From positions 372,001 to 436,000 of the forward strand of contig JAAOMT010000690.1 in the NCBI GenBank assembly GCA_016748015.1: a stretch of 64,000 nucleotides of DNA. The letters are read 5' to 3'. Shown here in pieces: positions 1-12,597 of this stretch (its first letter is position 1; every line of letters starts with the position of its first letter). The notes under the pieces were generated by a model, which was given only the letters and a program-made list of their open reading frames with translations, was not told where the DNA came from and did no database searches. The position numbers and the translations under genes are program-made. The stretch is from Geosiphon pyriformis uo1 (lineage: Eukaryota; Fungi; Glomeromycota).

Positions 1-737
1 AATTTTTTTTAATAAATTATAGTTAATTATTTTTTTATATTAATATTTAATGTAATATATTTTAATAAAATTAGTAATTAAGAATTAAAAATACAAAGTA
101 ACTTATTAAGATATACCAATACATTATTAAATTAAACTAATTATTTATTATTGTGTAATCATTTTTATGTTTTTTATTTTAACAAATTCAATTTTAAATT
201 TTATAAATATGTATAAAAGCAAATTTATAAATTCCAAATGAATAGCATTATATATGCAGTCTTTATTGATTCTGGGCGTTTGTATACTCTTCATTTATTG
301 TTTTTGTTAAAAAATTTATAAGTAAAATTAAAATATCCAAACAATGTTTTATCTTTTTTTAATTAATATTCTCAATTTTTTGCAATTTTAAAGATATTTT
401 TATATAATTTTACTCAAGAGTGTTAAATGAAGAGTTTTTATAAAAATACTCTTTATTGATTGTCTCTTGATTTTTTACTTCAACATAACCAGTTTTCAGA
501 GTTAACGCTATGAAAAATACTTGGAAACTGTATGCTCTTTTTATAGCTTAAGCAAATTGATTCTGGACCTATTTCAAAAATCTCAGTTATATATATACAC
601 TTTTCAAAAGATGCCTGGCAAGTTCTATAATTGTTGTTTAGCCATGGGTAATTTAAAAAAATCTGGCATTATAAACGCTCTGATTCTATAAGCGTAAAAC
701 TTTGGCCAAATCATTATAATGAGAACAATAATTTGAT

Positions 738-1633
738 CTGGCTTGCCTTTAAGATTAGTTTGCAAATAGTCGTTTCACCACCAAATGAGTCAAATGAAAA
801 AGAAAAATTTGGGAAACTGAAAACCAATTTCAAAAACCAAAAATATTTTCAAAAGAAAATTACAATTTACCAAGACTATAGTCTTTCTGAAAGTTCTCTT
901 ATCTTTTTGGAATGATAACTTTATTCTTGGCAAATTTTCTTTGTGTCTAAAAACATAGCAAATTTTACAAATGGTTTAGTTCGAAAATAATTAATTTTTA
1001 CGTAAAAAAGTATCTTGAATTAGCATTCAATTAAATGATCAAATTCCTTTTGGCAGAAAATTTAGAATATAATTTTGACTGGCAAACTGAGCGCTACCAA
1101 AAGCTAAATTCATTAATTTCGATTCCTAATAATTGGCAAGGTATTCTGGCCATGGAAAGCCCAAATTTACTTCACATATTGTCTTTTGGAAAATGCAAAT
1201 TCATTTTCCAAATTCAATTGCTAACCTTTTAAACTGATTTATTATCAGGATTTTTCCATGAAATTAAAAAGCTGAGCTAAAGAACTCGGAGGCTCGAGAA
1301 AAAAATTTCGATATGAAAGAAATATTTTTTTACTTAAATATAATTTTTATTAATGTTAAAATATTTCTTTCATATTAAAATTTCGGAGTTTTTTTTTCAC
1401 CATTAACAATTGTAGAAGTCAATGAATACAATGAAACCAACCGGGGTGAAAATTAACCAAGATTACATACATGCACTGTATTTTTGTTTCAAATTTCCTA
1501 TTCTATCTGACAGTTGAAGTTTGAAGTAAATCTCTCCCTTTTCCAGGTGACAAAGCGGATCCCCATAAAGCCATTTTCGAGCTATAAAAAGATAGAATAC
1601 ATTTTCTGAGCAAAAACCATCAATTTTTCAACC
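738..1633 (+). repeat. Left arm of long inverted repeat (pairs with 12598-13603)
   Basis: ORFs 733..915(+) and 13423..13620(-) translate almost identically (AFKISLQIVVSPPNESNEK...DYSLSESS.IFLE). By eye the nucleotide match runs ~738-1156 (high identity), is patchy at 1156-1300, and resumes at ~1300-1633. Confidence 0.92.
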
Positions 1634-2235
1634 TATACATTTAGAGCTCTTTCATGAAGAAAAAAGCTCCGAAAAAGATATACAAATTTCAAAAAATCCA
1701 AATGGTAAAAATTTCGACCCAGCCAGTGAACTTGAATGTTTTAAAAACCTAACATTAACTTTAGAATGTATTATTAAAAAAAATATAGATTGAAAATATT
1801 TTTTCCAGAATAATTATTTAGTAATCAATACAGAAAAATTTTTTTTTTGTAGAAATAAAAGGTTTTAAACTTTCCTTCATTTTAAGATAACAATCATGAT
1901 GATACATTGCTAAATCACATGTTCAAACATTCCCTTTGATCATGTCTCATAACAATAAATGTTTTGAAAAATGGATTGGGCTTAATATTTCGAGGTACTA
2001 AGGCTATCAGTTTAATATAATCTAATCTATCACCTAGCAAGAAGACAGGGTTTGAAAAGATTCAAAACTTCCAGGTTGCTTATCTAAATTCATTTATCTT
2101 TAAGAAAGCTACTGATCCACAGAGTTGATGGCGTCTTGATTAACTTACAATTTAACCTTGGCTCTTAATAGCCCCTAAAATATAAAAGTTTTTGCGCTCA
2201 GCCGAGTTTAAGTATCACTTTAAGAAACGGACTAG

Positions 2236-3538
2236 ATGGTTAGAATAACTGATATTTTTCTTGGATTAATTGAAAATTTTGAAAATAATGGCCACAAAGC
2301 TTTCTTTTTGATATTAATTACCTCTTGTTTATATTGGGCATCATTAATCGATGCCATTACTACTAAAAAGAAAAAAAAATTCGATAAATTAGTGATTTTT
2401 AGCGACTCTGCAGCAGGTAATTTGACCATTTTCTTTCAAGCCAATTTATCTTTAATTCTCTATAATTTTTGATAATTTTTACGAATTAATCCACACCATT
2501 TCGTTATTATAGATAATAGAAATGTATATAAATTGACAAATGATAAATTTCCAGTATTTCCATACTATAAAGACAGATTCACGAACGGTAAAGTTTGGCC
2601 AGAATATATGGCCAAAGAGCTTAACTTGAAATTATTGAATTTTGCATATGGTGGAGCGACAACAGAGTATGTTAACTCTTAAATTAAATGGAGAGTTCCT
2701 ATTTTAAGAATCGGATTCTAAATACCTCTTCTGTCTCAATTTCGAATATTAATATAGCAATAATTTTGTTCAAGGTAAAGCAAATAAGTTCTTTCAAGAA
2801 TTATTATGATTAAAGATTTATGGAACTTTTTGATACAGGTGTGTCTGATAGTTCAGGTACAGTTAAAGTCCCCTCAATATTGGAACAAGTTGACTTATAT
2901 TTAGCCACAAATCCCACAAAGGAAAAGTTAAAGACAACCATCGCAGTGGTAAGCTTGTTAATTAATAATTCTAATTAAATATATTATTTGATTCTATTAT
3001 TGAGAGAGGCTGAACTCCTATTTTTATTTTAGACCTGGGCTGCTGGTAATGACTATCTATTTAGCAACTTTATCACAGATCCCAACACAAGTTGTGGAAC
3101 ACTTATCGAAATCTTGGGTAAAATTTTACCAAAAATAGAATCCGGACCTTACTTTCACTAGGTCTACCCGATGTTTCAATTAAATCCTACGCGAGAAAAT
3201 TTACAACCCAAATACGTTGTAATTTGAAGAAAATTCATATGGTGCACAATAAGATTTTGAATGCGGCTTTGGAAAATTTTTAAAAATGAGCACCAAGATA
3301 TAAGATTACACACACATTTAAACCCTGTCGAAGATCTCAAAGTTCTTCAAAAGAATTATTTAAAGGCTGTCGATATATTAGGGTAACCATGTAGACCCTT
3401 GTTTTAATACATCGTTTACGTCGCCAACTCTTTGTAAAAACCCTCGAAATTATTTATTTTGTGATAGTGTCCATATAACTACCTGCTTTTCATAAAATTA
3501 TTGCAAAAAGATTAATAATAATAATATTGAAGCGTTAA
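2236..3538 (+). pseudogene. GDSL/SGNH lipase-esterase, multi-exon, disrupted
   Basis: Hydrophobic N-terminus, then FDKLVIFSDS (block I GDS, here SDS), RFTNGKVWPEY, LNFAYGGATT (block II), WAAGNDY (block III) and YLFCDSVH (block V DxxH). GT-AG introns. Frameshifts and stops after ~3080 (TAG ~3158, TAA ~3281). Confidence 0.85.
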
Positions 3539-3973
3539 TTTTTATTCAAACTTGTTTTCGGTATTCTTTCTAAAATTATTAGATTCAATTCTCGTTAAAA
3601 ACTGACTAAAAAAGTCTTAATTAAGCTTAAAAATTTACTTTGCCACTATAAATTTTAGTCATTTATGACTAACCCCTTAATTAATTTGGAATGGTTATTA
3701 TCGGGACATATGGAAATTTATTTTTAAAGAAATTATTTTTTAATTATTTTAGATTGCTTAAAATTTTTACTCCTTCATAGACTCTAGATCCCGAAAGTTT
3801 TTAGGCATCTCATGAATCTTAATGATTTTTGCTTACAAGAGATAAAAATACTTATTTATCATGTGACAATAAATACCTCTTTTTTTTTTCTTACACTTAA
3901 TTCTAAAAAGAAGTCATCATCATCATCATCATCTCTCCTTTTCCATTACTAAAAAAGGTAATTATCATATAAA

Positions 3974-4273
3974 ATGAGGCATAAACATTCAAGAATTTTT
4001 TAGCTGATGAAGATCCCAAAGTATATAATTACCAGAATTGCTGATACCTGTGATAAACAGATTCTCATGCAGGAAATAGCAGTTTATTTAACAATGCACA
4101 TCAATAAAGGATATTATTTAGAAAAACTTTTTGAGTTACAAGAAAATCTTGGCGAAAAAAATCCTTTTAATAGTAACTTTATATATAGAAATTATATAGA
4201 TATTATAGTATTACCAAGAATAGAAAATCATAAAAAAAAAAAAAACTATTTTCATCAAAAATTGATAAATTAA
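3974..4273 (+). pseudogene. Possible short coding remnant
   Basis: ATG at 3974 is in frame with ORF 4007..4273 but separated from it by a single TAG. The composition is more protein-like than the flanks, but I recognise no family. Confidence 0.2.
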
Positions 4274-5135
4274 AACTCATATGAAAATTTACTTTATTGA
4301 AATTTAAACTTAATATATTTATTAATAATAGCAACTGTTTTATAATGAAAGGAACCATATTTCAAGATAAATGATTGTAAACATTTAATTTATTCATAAT
4401 TATGCCAAAAAATTTTATAATTCTTTTTTGCACTTTATAATTTTTTTTTTGTTAAAAATATAATTCCATTTTTGACAAATATAGTCTTTCAAGAATTTCC
4501 ATTCTTTCAATAACCAATTATGTTAATTTATGTATATATGTTCCTTTATTATCTGCATTTAGCGATAAAATATTTTCCAGCCTTATTACCGGTTTTGGGA
4601 TGATAATAGGGATTTTAATCTCATGATTTCTTGTTTTTTTTTTGGTTTTCAACAACAAACAACAACAACAACAACAAACAACAAATTTTTGTAGGATGTG
4701 GGTTTTTAATGAGAAAAAAAAACCATTATCAAATGTTAGAAACTGTGCTCAGCTTTTTCCTATAAAGTGAACTAACATTTGTTTTATTTTTATGAGCCGA
4801 ATATAAATAATTGAAAAAAAATAATTATCTAATAGCAAATAACTATTATATTTTATATCTTTTTACATTTTATTTACCTTTTCTATTGATATAAAAATGT
4901 TAAAAACGCAGTTTTTGTTCATTTCCTTTTAGAAATTTCTCTTTTCGAATTCTTTTATTTTTCCAAAGATAAAATAAGTATTAGTGGTAAAAAAAAATTT
5001 CTTTTTTTAATTGAAAGTTAAATAGAATGACAAATTCAAGCGTGTTTCTTCTAAATAAAAGATTTCAGTAATAATACTTTTTAAATATCTTTTATTTATT
5101 TTAAGAATAAAAAGTATATATAATTTAAGGCTCAT

Positions 5136-5171
<36 letters not shown>

Positions 5172-5866
5172 TCTTAAAAAGTCAAAAAAAAAAAGAATAA
5201 ATAATTTTTAAATCAATCTTGATTTCAAGCTCTAATTTTTTTTTATACTTTAAAATAAAATTTGCATATTTTTTATTATATTCTAATACAATTATTTAAC
5301 ATTATGTTTTCTTTAAATGGTAATTTTCCGATTTTCTTTGTTTACTTTATATCGAAATCTTTTTTTATTATTCAGTTTTTCATACCGTTTTATATATTTT
5401 TATTCCAGGTTTTTTTTATAATCACATTTCTTATTTATTTTTTGCTTTGCTTGCTTGCTTTGCTTGCTTGCTTGTTTCTTTATCCTTTTTTAAAACAATG
5501 ACCAGATTTATCTCTTTAAATCTTGATTAAAAAAATCAAATATTTATTCAGATTTTTAACATGGGAAAATAAATTAAAAACAACTCGAAAAGTAGAAAAG
5601 AAAATTCTATAATCTTTTGATTATGAGATTATTTATGGAAAAGATATATTTAGAAAGTTAGTATTTGGAATTAAGAGCAAAATTTTTTTTGTTTTTTTTT
5701 GTTTTTTTGAATAGATGTAGATCTTGGAATTTTCTCGAGAATTTTACAAAGTTTTAACGAAAAATAGTTAAAAATTAGTTAAAACTTGTTATTTACTCTG
5801 ATTATATAAATATTTATTTATTTATAAATTTTAAGATTTAATATTCTTTTAAACTATTTAAAGTAA

Positions 5867-5911
<45 letters not shown>

Positions 5912-6244
5912 TTCGATTTTAACTTTAAATATAGATTAAAATATCAATTGAATGATATTCAAATAAAGTTAATGAATAATATTTTAAAAAAAAAAGTTCT
6001 TTTTAGGTTAAAATGCATACATTATAAAATTTTAAATGTATTTAGAATAAATGATCTTTTTCATTTTAGTTAATAATATCTCAAGATCTCAACATTTAAA
6101 AGATCATTTTTTTTAAAATTAGTTTTTCTATTTGAAGTTTTAAGAGGACTCACGCCACAAATGTGTTGTACCATGACGATATTTCATTTTGTTTAACACA
6201 ATTTTTTTTTAGTGTTCAATATAATAAACTTTTTTATGATTAAA

Positions 6245-6306
6245 ATTTAAAGATAGATTAAATAATATATATATATATATATAATTTATTTAATCTATCT
6301 TTAAAT
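6245..6306. repeat. Perfect 21-bp inverted repeat around a (TA)n spacer (hairpin/cruciform)
   Basis: atttaaagatagattaaataa (6245-6265) and ttatttaatctatctttaaat (6286-6306) are exact reverse complements, and the spacer is mostly (TA)n. Confidence 0.9.
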
Positions 6307-7224
6307 CTCTAAAATATTTTTAATTTTTATTGAATAATCATATTTATGTCCATTTTTAGTCATACAAAGAGACGACGACAACGATGATGATGATGATAAT
6401 GATGATGATGATAATGATGATGATAAAGATGACGAAAAGAAAATTCTATTATATTTTGGGGAACACAGATTTTGGAAAAAAAATACCAGATGGAAATCTT
6501 GAAAGTTCTTTTTGGAAAAAAAAAAAAATTTTAAAATTAAAATTTTATTCTAAAAATATCAATTATATTATTATTATTATTATTATTATTATTATGTTAT
6601 TATTATTAAAAATAAATTCAGTTTACGTTTAAAATAAATTTAGAGTTATAAAAGTAAAAAAATTTTCGATTATTCGATTATTCGATTTTTAAAAATTATT
6701 ATCCAATCTTTACTAAAGTTAAAAACAATAATTAATAATCGTCATAAGAATCACTAAAAAATGAATAATTTCTCTTTTCCTGTTAAAAAAATAAAAAAGT
6801 GATGAATACAATCGTTCCAAATATTGTCTTTTCTCATGTTATGACTTTTAGGTACATTGTATAAAAAATATTTTAATATATACCTTTTTTAAGTAAGTTA
6901 TTTAATAAACTTTTTATTTTTATTTTTTAAATTATCATTTTTACATCACCATGACAAATTTCCTATAATGGTATTGTAGGCTCAGCCACCGATTAACACA
7001 TTAACACAACTGTTAATTGAACACAAATTTTGACTTTTAAATTTATTTTCTCTTTATCTCTCTCCGGGGAAATATTCAAAGATGATGATCTAAAAATCCA
7101 AAAATCTCTATATACATATATATCACAAACAAATAAACAAAGATTGACAGCTAAAAAAAATCTCTTATTTTACAAAGTTTTCAATTTTAATTATTTTAAC
7201 ATTTTACTTTAATTTGGGTTTAAA

Positions 7225-7336
<112 letters not shown>

Positions 7337-7348
7337 CTATTTCTATTT

Positions 7349-7683
7349 CTATTTTGTAAAAAGGAGAAATTCATCACATGAATGATGACTTTTGATTTCA
7401 AAATATGTCGAAAAAAAGTTATCGGACAAACAGGGTGAAAAGATTTCATGATGACAAGGTTCATTTTGATTTGAAAGATTGAATTCATCAATGAAAAATT
7501 CTTTTTGAAATTCTGATGGATTCGAAGTGTAAAAAGTATCAATATATATTGGAGAACGGATTATAGGGGTAGTAGCATCAGTAATAGTAATAGGATCAGT
7601 AATAGTATCAATAGTAGTAGTAATAGTAGGATTACTAGTAGTAGTAGTAGTAGTAGTAATAGTAGGATCAGTACTAGTAGTAT

Positions 7684-7716
<33 letters not shown>

Positions 7717-8329
7717 AAGTAGTAGGAGTAATAGTAGTAGGAATAATATTAATAGCAGGAGTAGTAGTAGTAGTAGTAGTAGTAGTAGGAGTAATATCCA
7801 TACTTTTTTTAATGTAAGGATAAATCCAAGTTTCTTCATATGGTTGTATCTTATCAAAATCGTTGTTCAGAATTTTAAACTCATCCAAAGATTCTCTCGT
7901 TTGTGTGTAATTTCGAATTGAATCGATCAATGGATAAGTTATTATTTCATTTTTAGATGATATATTTTCTTGACTTTCAGTTTCATGAATTAAAAGATGA
8001 TCATGACAAATTTGTTTGTAAAGATTTCTGGCTTCGGTTGCAATTTTTTGATATTCTTTTCGAATATGTTCCGGTTCACGAGACCAACCTTGTTTTACTA
8101 TAGTTGAAAGTTTTGGTTGAGTGATAACTGGATGTTTTTTTCCTCTCAATTCTTTACAGATTGCCATTCTATAAGCGATAAAACCATTTGGAACTCTTGA
8201 AGATTTACCGGTGGTTTTAAGATTTTGAATAGATTTTTGTAAAAGATCCATTGGGGTTACGTCCGGAGGAAATCTTGGAGAGAGGTGAGGCATCATAGTC
8301 GATTCGATACAAGGTTTCTTGTCTTTCAT
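7349..8329 (-). CDS. MATA_HMG-box transcription factor, intronless, Thr-rich C-terminal region (326 aa)
   Basis: PRFPPDVTPMDL leader, then the HMG box SRVPNGFIAYRMAICKEL...QPKLSTIVKQGWSREPEHIRKEYQKIATEARNLY, matching the RPPNAFILYR...W..E...K..Y..LA pattern. Poly-Thr is encoded by (ACT)n. Confidence 0.93.
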
Positions 8330-8359
8330 TATTTTTTATTTTTTAATAAAGAATTGGTT

Positions 8360-8478
8360 AATGATGATAATGATAATAATGATTATGATGGATTATTATG
8401 ATGATTATGATGATTATGATGATTATTATGATTATTATGATTATTATGATGATTATGATGATTATGATGATGATGATA
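8360..8478. repeat. Compound (GAT/TAT)n microsatellite in the 5' leader of the HMG gene
   Basis: gatgattatgattat... units immediately upstream of the ATG on the minus strand. Confidence 0.9.
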
Positions 8479-9229
8479 TTTTTCGTGAAATTTATATGGT
8501 TTTGTCAGATCAAAAAAAAAACCCTTTTTTTCTTATAACGTGGTAAAATTTTTTTTAAACTTTACAAACGTAAAAAATTCTCTGAAAATTCTTCTCTTTA
8601 TTATATATTTTTTTTGTTTTAATTTTAATGACTGGTCACAATATTATCTCAATTAGGGTAAAATCATTCAATCAAAAAATAAATATTTTATTTTATTTTA
8701 TTTTATTTTATTTAATCTTTTTATTTGGATAAATGAAATAGTTTCACAATAATAGTAAACCTTAAACCAACCAACCCAAACCAACCCAAACCAAACCAAA
8801 CCAATCAACTAACTAAACAATCAAATTTCTTTTTTATCTCAATTATAGAAATTGTATATCAAATAAATGCTGTTTTTATTCTCTAAATAAGAATCAATTT
8901 AAGTTTGGTAAGTTCATCTGAGTTCGAGTCGAAATACAAAGAAAAAATTTATATTGATTTGTTATTCAATTTTGGTGATAAACGTATAAAAGATATGAAC
9001 ATAGAAAGAAACAAGCTTCAAAAAGATCACGACTCGTACAGGGTGAAATCGTAATTTTTAATAATTTTAATATTTGACAAAGTTATTTCAAGTAAACCCA
9101 ACTATAAATTAAATGAATCTATTAATTTATTAATTTATTTATTTATTTATTTATTTACATTTTTATTTGAACGATGAGAGCTATCAATGATATTTTAATG
9201 CTTACCACTTTAAACTGAGAAAAAATATC

Positions 9230-9710
9230 CAAAAAAAGTAAATCAGTACACTAGTTTACCTTAATAACAACAACGGTGTAACAACCAAAAAAAAAGGTAA
9301 TTTGAAACAGGAGTCAAAAGGTGACACGAAAAAATTACGAAAATCATTTGAACTGCTGCGTTGTCAAAGGTCACGAAAGGACGGAAGGACGGAGGGACGG
9401 ACTGACGAAAGGAATTTAAAGGTTTTAAGAACAAAGAAATTGAAAATTATTTACTCGAATATAAAACTAATTTCTTTTTAACTTGACATAAGTAAAATGA
9501 AAAGTTTTGTTTAACAATTTGATCGAATAATGGTTAAAAAAATTCCAAAACGGAGGTTATTAATTGTATCATTGAATATTTGAATGGGATTATTACGCGC
9601 GCGTAAATTATACGACATTCCCATTTTTTTCTTTTGTGAATGCAATTGTAAATGACGATAAGTGGTGCCTTATACCCGTACATTACTTTATAATTAAAGG
9701 TATCAAAGAT
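9230..9710 (-). promoter_or_regulatory. CpG-retaining candidate promoter of the HMG gene
   Basis: Locally CpG-rich. Contains a TTTCTTTGTTC motif (9429-9439 on -), a repeated gtcaaa(a)ggt(g)ac motif (~9313, ~9363), (GGAC)n, and the palindrome ttacgcgcgcgtaa (9593-9606). Confidence 0.4.
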
Positions 9711-10114
9711 TTTTTTTTAATGAATCTGTAAAATATTTCGAATTTTTTAAAAAATTGTATCATGAATCATTCGAGAAAATTAATATTCTTCAATTAATTA
9801 CGAAATTTGTTTGGATTTAGATTGTAGTCAATTAAACTTCATTTACTCATAATACGAATAGGAGAGTTTTCTCCTTATCTGCAATTGAAATTTTTTTTTT
9901 TTTTTCCGAAATTAAAATTTTGTTTACCAAATTAAGAAACTTTTTAATTTAGAATACGTATTCAAAAAAACTTTTTTTAATTCTAAAATAAAATATTGAA
10001 AAGAGAAACTCTCTTTTTAAAAAATATATATATATATATATATTTTTGATCAATTCCTAATGTAAAAATAATTTTATGCATCTACTTTTCTATTTTTCAA
10101 ATTGAAATTTGATT

Positions 10115-10221
10115 TCTATTGTAGTTCTCACAAATTGAAAATTTATTAAAAAATATCATTTTTTTTTATTGTAGTTTCTCAAAAATTGAAAATTTATTAA
10201 AAATATCATTTTTTCTATTGT
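10115..10221. repeat. Tandem duplication of a ~53-bp unit
   Basis: tattgtagtt(t)ctca.aaattgaaaatttattaaaaa(a)tatcatttttt occurs twice head-to-tail. Confidence 0.8.
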
Positions 10222-10687
10222 GATCCTTAAATGTGAAAAAAAGTCAAAATGTAAACAAATCATTGAAAGTGGCTTCGTGAACAAATCGAAAGGCTTTTGA
10301 TTCAGAAACTAAAATTTGATAAAATTAAGAAAACCCGTGTCTAAAATTGTGCTTAAAGAGGTATACATGTTCAGTCATTATTTAAATAATAAAAGTGACT
10401 AGTTACAGTCTAAAAGTTTGAAATTTAAATCTTTTTATAAAGAAATAAAATTAAGCAAGTTCAAAGTCCTGCAAGGTTTTTTGAAGATACTTGTTCTTTA
10501 CTTTAATTTCTTTTTCTTTTTCTTTTTCTTTTTCTTTTTCTTTTTCTTTTCTATTTAAACCCCCAACTATATTTCCGGATAAAATATTTATTTAGGCAAA
10601 AACATTTTTTTTTCAAGATATTAGCCTTATTGGGAATATTTCGTAGAACTTCGAAAATAAGATATTTAAAAATAACTCGCTCAATGC

Positions 10688-10689
<2 letters not shown>

Positions 10690-10760
<71 letters not shown>
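10690..10760. repeat. (TTA)n microsatellite
   Basis: Directly visible; source of the poly-N and poly-L spurious ORFs. Confidence 0.95.
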
Positions 10761-10762
<2 letters not shown>

Positions 10763-11016
10763 AAAAAGAACTTTTTCTAATTAATTTTAATATTGTCTGT
10801 GTGAGACCCATTATGGATGGGGTGATTCGTTTTATTAATTTATTTATCCATGACTCATTCTCAAACCCAAATAGTTTAGCTTTTGCGGCTTTGTGCGATC
10901 GATAGGAATTGTCGATCTGGATCTAACCAAAGTTACACCATAATGACGATATTAAATTCATCATTGGTTATTTAGGAAAGGACCTTAATAATAATACATA
11001 TATAATTCTTCACAAG

Positions 11017-11072
<56 letters not shown>

Positions 11073-11080
11073 CAACCAAC
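11017..11080. repeat. (AACT)n microsatellite
   Basis: taactaactaac... directly visible. Confidence 0.95.
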
Positions 11081-11547
11081 ATAATTCAGAGTTAATAACA
11101 AACATGACTTTTGACTGGGTGAATAAAATCCCCACTTGACCACTTTTAATAATTTAGAAAAATACCACTGCAATTTCCGATTTTTAATTGCTTTCCTAAT
11201 TTTGGATCACTTCAATCACATAAAAAAATCAAAAAAAAAACTGAGCAGGCGTGTCGTGTGTTGTTTCATGGAGCACAATCTTTTTTTCATCCCTTAAAAA
11301 TTATAATAAAGTTTTGTAACTTACGTGCAGATAGATAGGTTCTTTTCCATATAAAATTCTATTAAATAATCAATCTATTTTAAAATTTAAAAAAAAAAGG
11401 TTCAAAAATTTGCCAAACAAGAATTATACTGATTTTATTATACTACTTTGAAAATTTTAAAAGAATCTAGAAGTTTTATACAATAAAATTTGACTAAAGA
11501 TTCCGAGCGAAAATAACCACTGTATCACCTTTCTAAGAGAAATTCAG

Positions 11548-11587
<40 letters not shown>

Positions 11588-12597
11588 CAATAAACATACC
11601 AAAAAAGTGTGTTAAATAAGTTTGAAATCAAAAGTATACTTTAATAATGCTTTAATGGAAAAATTTTTCCTTAGTTCAACGTGAAAACATGAATATATTT
11701 GACAAATTGATTTATGAAATATACACAGTTGATTTAAAAGATGAATGTAACAGAAATTTCTCAACAAAAGAATTTTCTTCCATCAAGAAAAGGGAAATCT
11801 TTAATGTTTTTTTTTTTTTAGAAAAAGCTGTATCCCAAAACTTCTTTAATTAGAAATCACGGGTCAATTATCAAAGATTCGTAAATGAGTTTAAAAAAGA
11901 AAATATTATCAAAAACCTTATAATTAAAAATTAGATGATCAATTTATTAAGAATCAAATTATAATTTATTTATTTTTGAATTATAGAATTTTGTAATGAA
12001 CTTGTTTTTAGTTTTTTCTTTCTATTCTCTAAAATTTTTTAAATTTAATTAAAGGTTTATATGCTAAAAAGGAAATTGATATTATTAAATCTATAATAAA
12101 AAATTCTAAAAATAAGTCAACCATATTTTTAATTTGTTTTGAATAATCGTAAAAACTTGCAAAATATCTTGCTGATTATTTTTTTGAAAATGGAAATTGA
12201 AATTAACAAAAAAAGTCTCATTTCTTGATATATATTTTTAATTGCTGCAAAACTGTAAACCAAAAAAAAATAAATTTTAATCAAGAAAAAATTTGATTTT
12301 GTTTCCCTATATCCATTTTAATAAAAATAACAAAATAAGGTAAATCAATTATGAAAATAAAATTTTAAAAAATAGTATTATTATTATTATTAAACTAAAT
12401 TCAAAAAGTATAAAGAAATTATTTTTTTTACTTTTATTTTTTATTGTTTTCACGTTTCTATTTTGGTTTGAATATAAAAAAAAAATTGGAAAAGTATCAA
12501 ATATTTGCATGAAATTTTTGAAATTTTTTTTTTGAAATTTATGCTTTCTTTTCTCTAAGAAAATTTTATCCTAGCACAACTTATCCTCGTTGCATTC

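Noticed and set aside
733-915. Near-identical ORF pair (733..915 and 13423..13620) as duplicated protein genes
   Set aside because: Short, different starts, no recognisable domain; better explained as chance frames in the non-coding inverted repeat.
7349-8329. Calling the HMG gene sexM/sexP or MAT1-2-1
   Set aside because: No flanking TPT, RNA helicase, APN2 or SLA2 genes in the window, and the family is highly expanded in this lineage; orthology cannot be assigned without a phylogeny.
8554-8561. tttaaact as a target-site duplication matching the sequence just before the poly-T
   Set aside because: An 8-bp AT-rich match is expected by chance.
8319-10905. Asp/Tyr-, Asn- and Leu-rich ORFs (8319..8546, 10551..10811, 10630..10905), also 6384..6632
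   Set aside because: Microsatellite translations.
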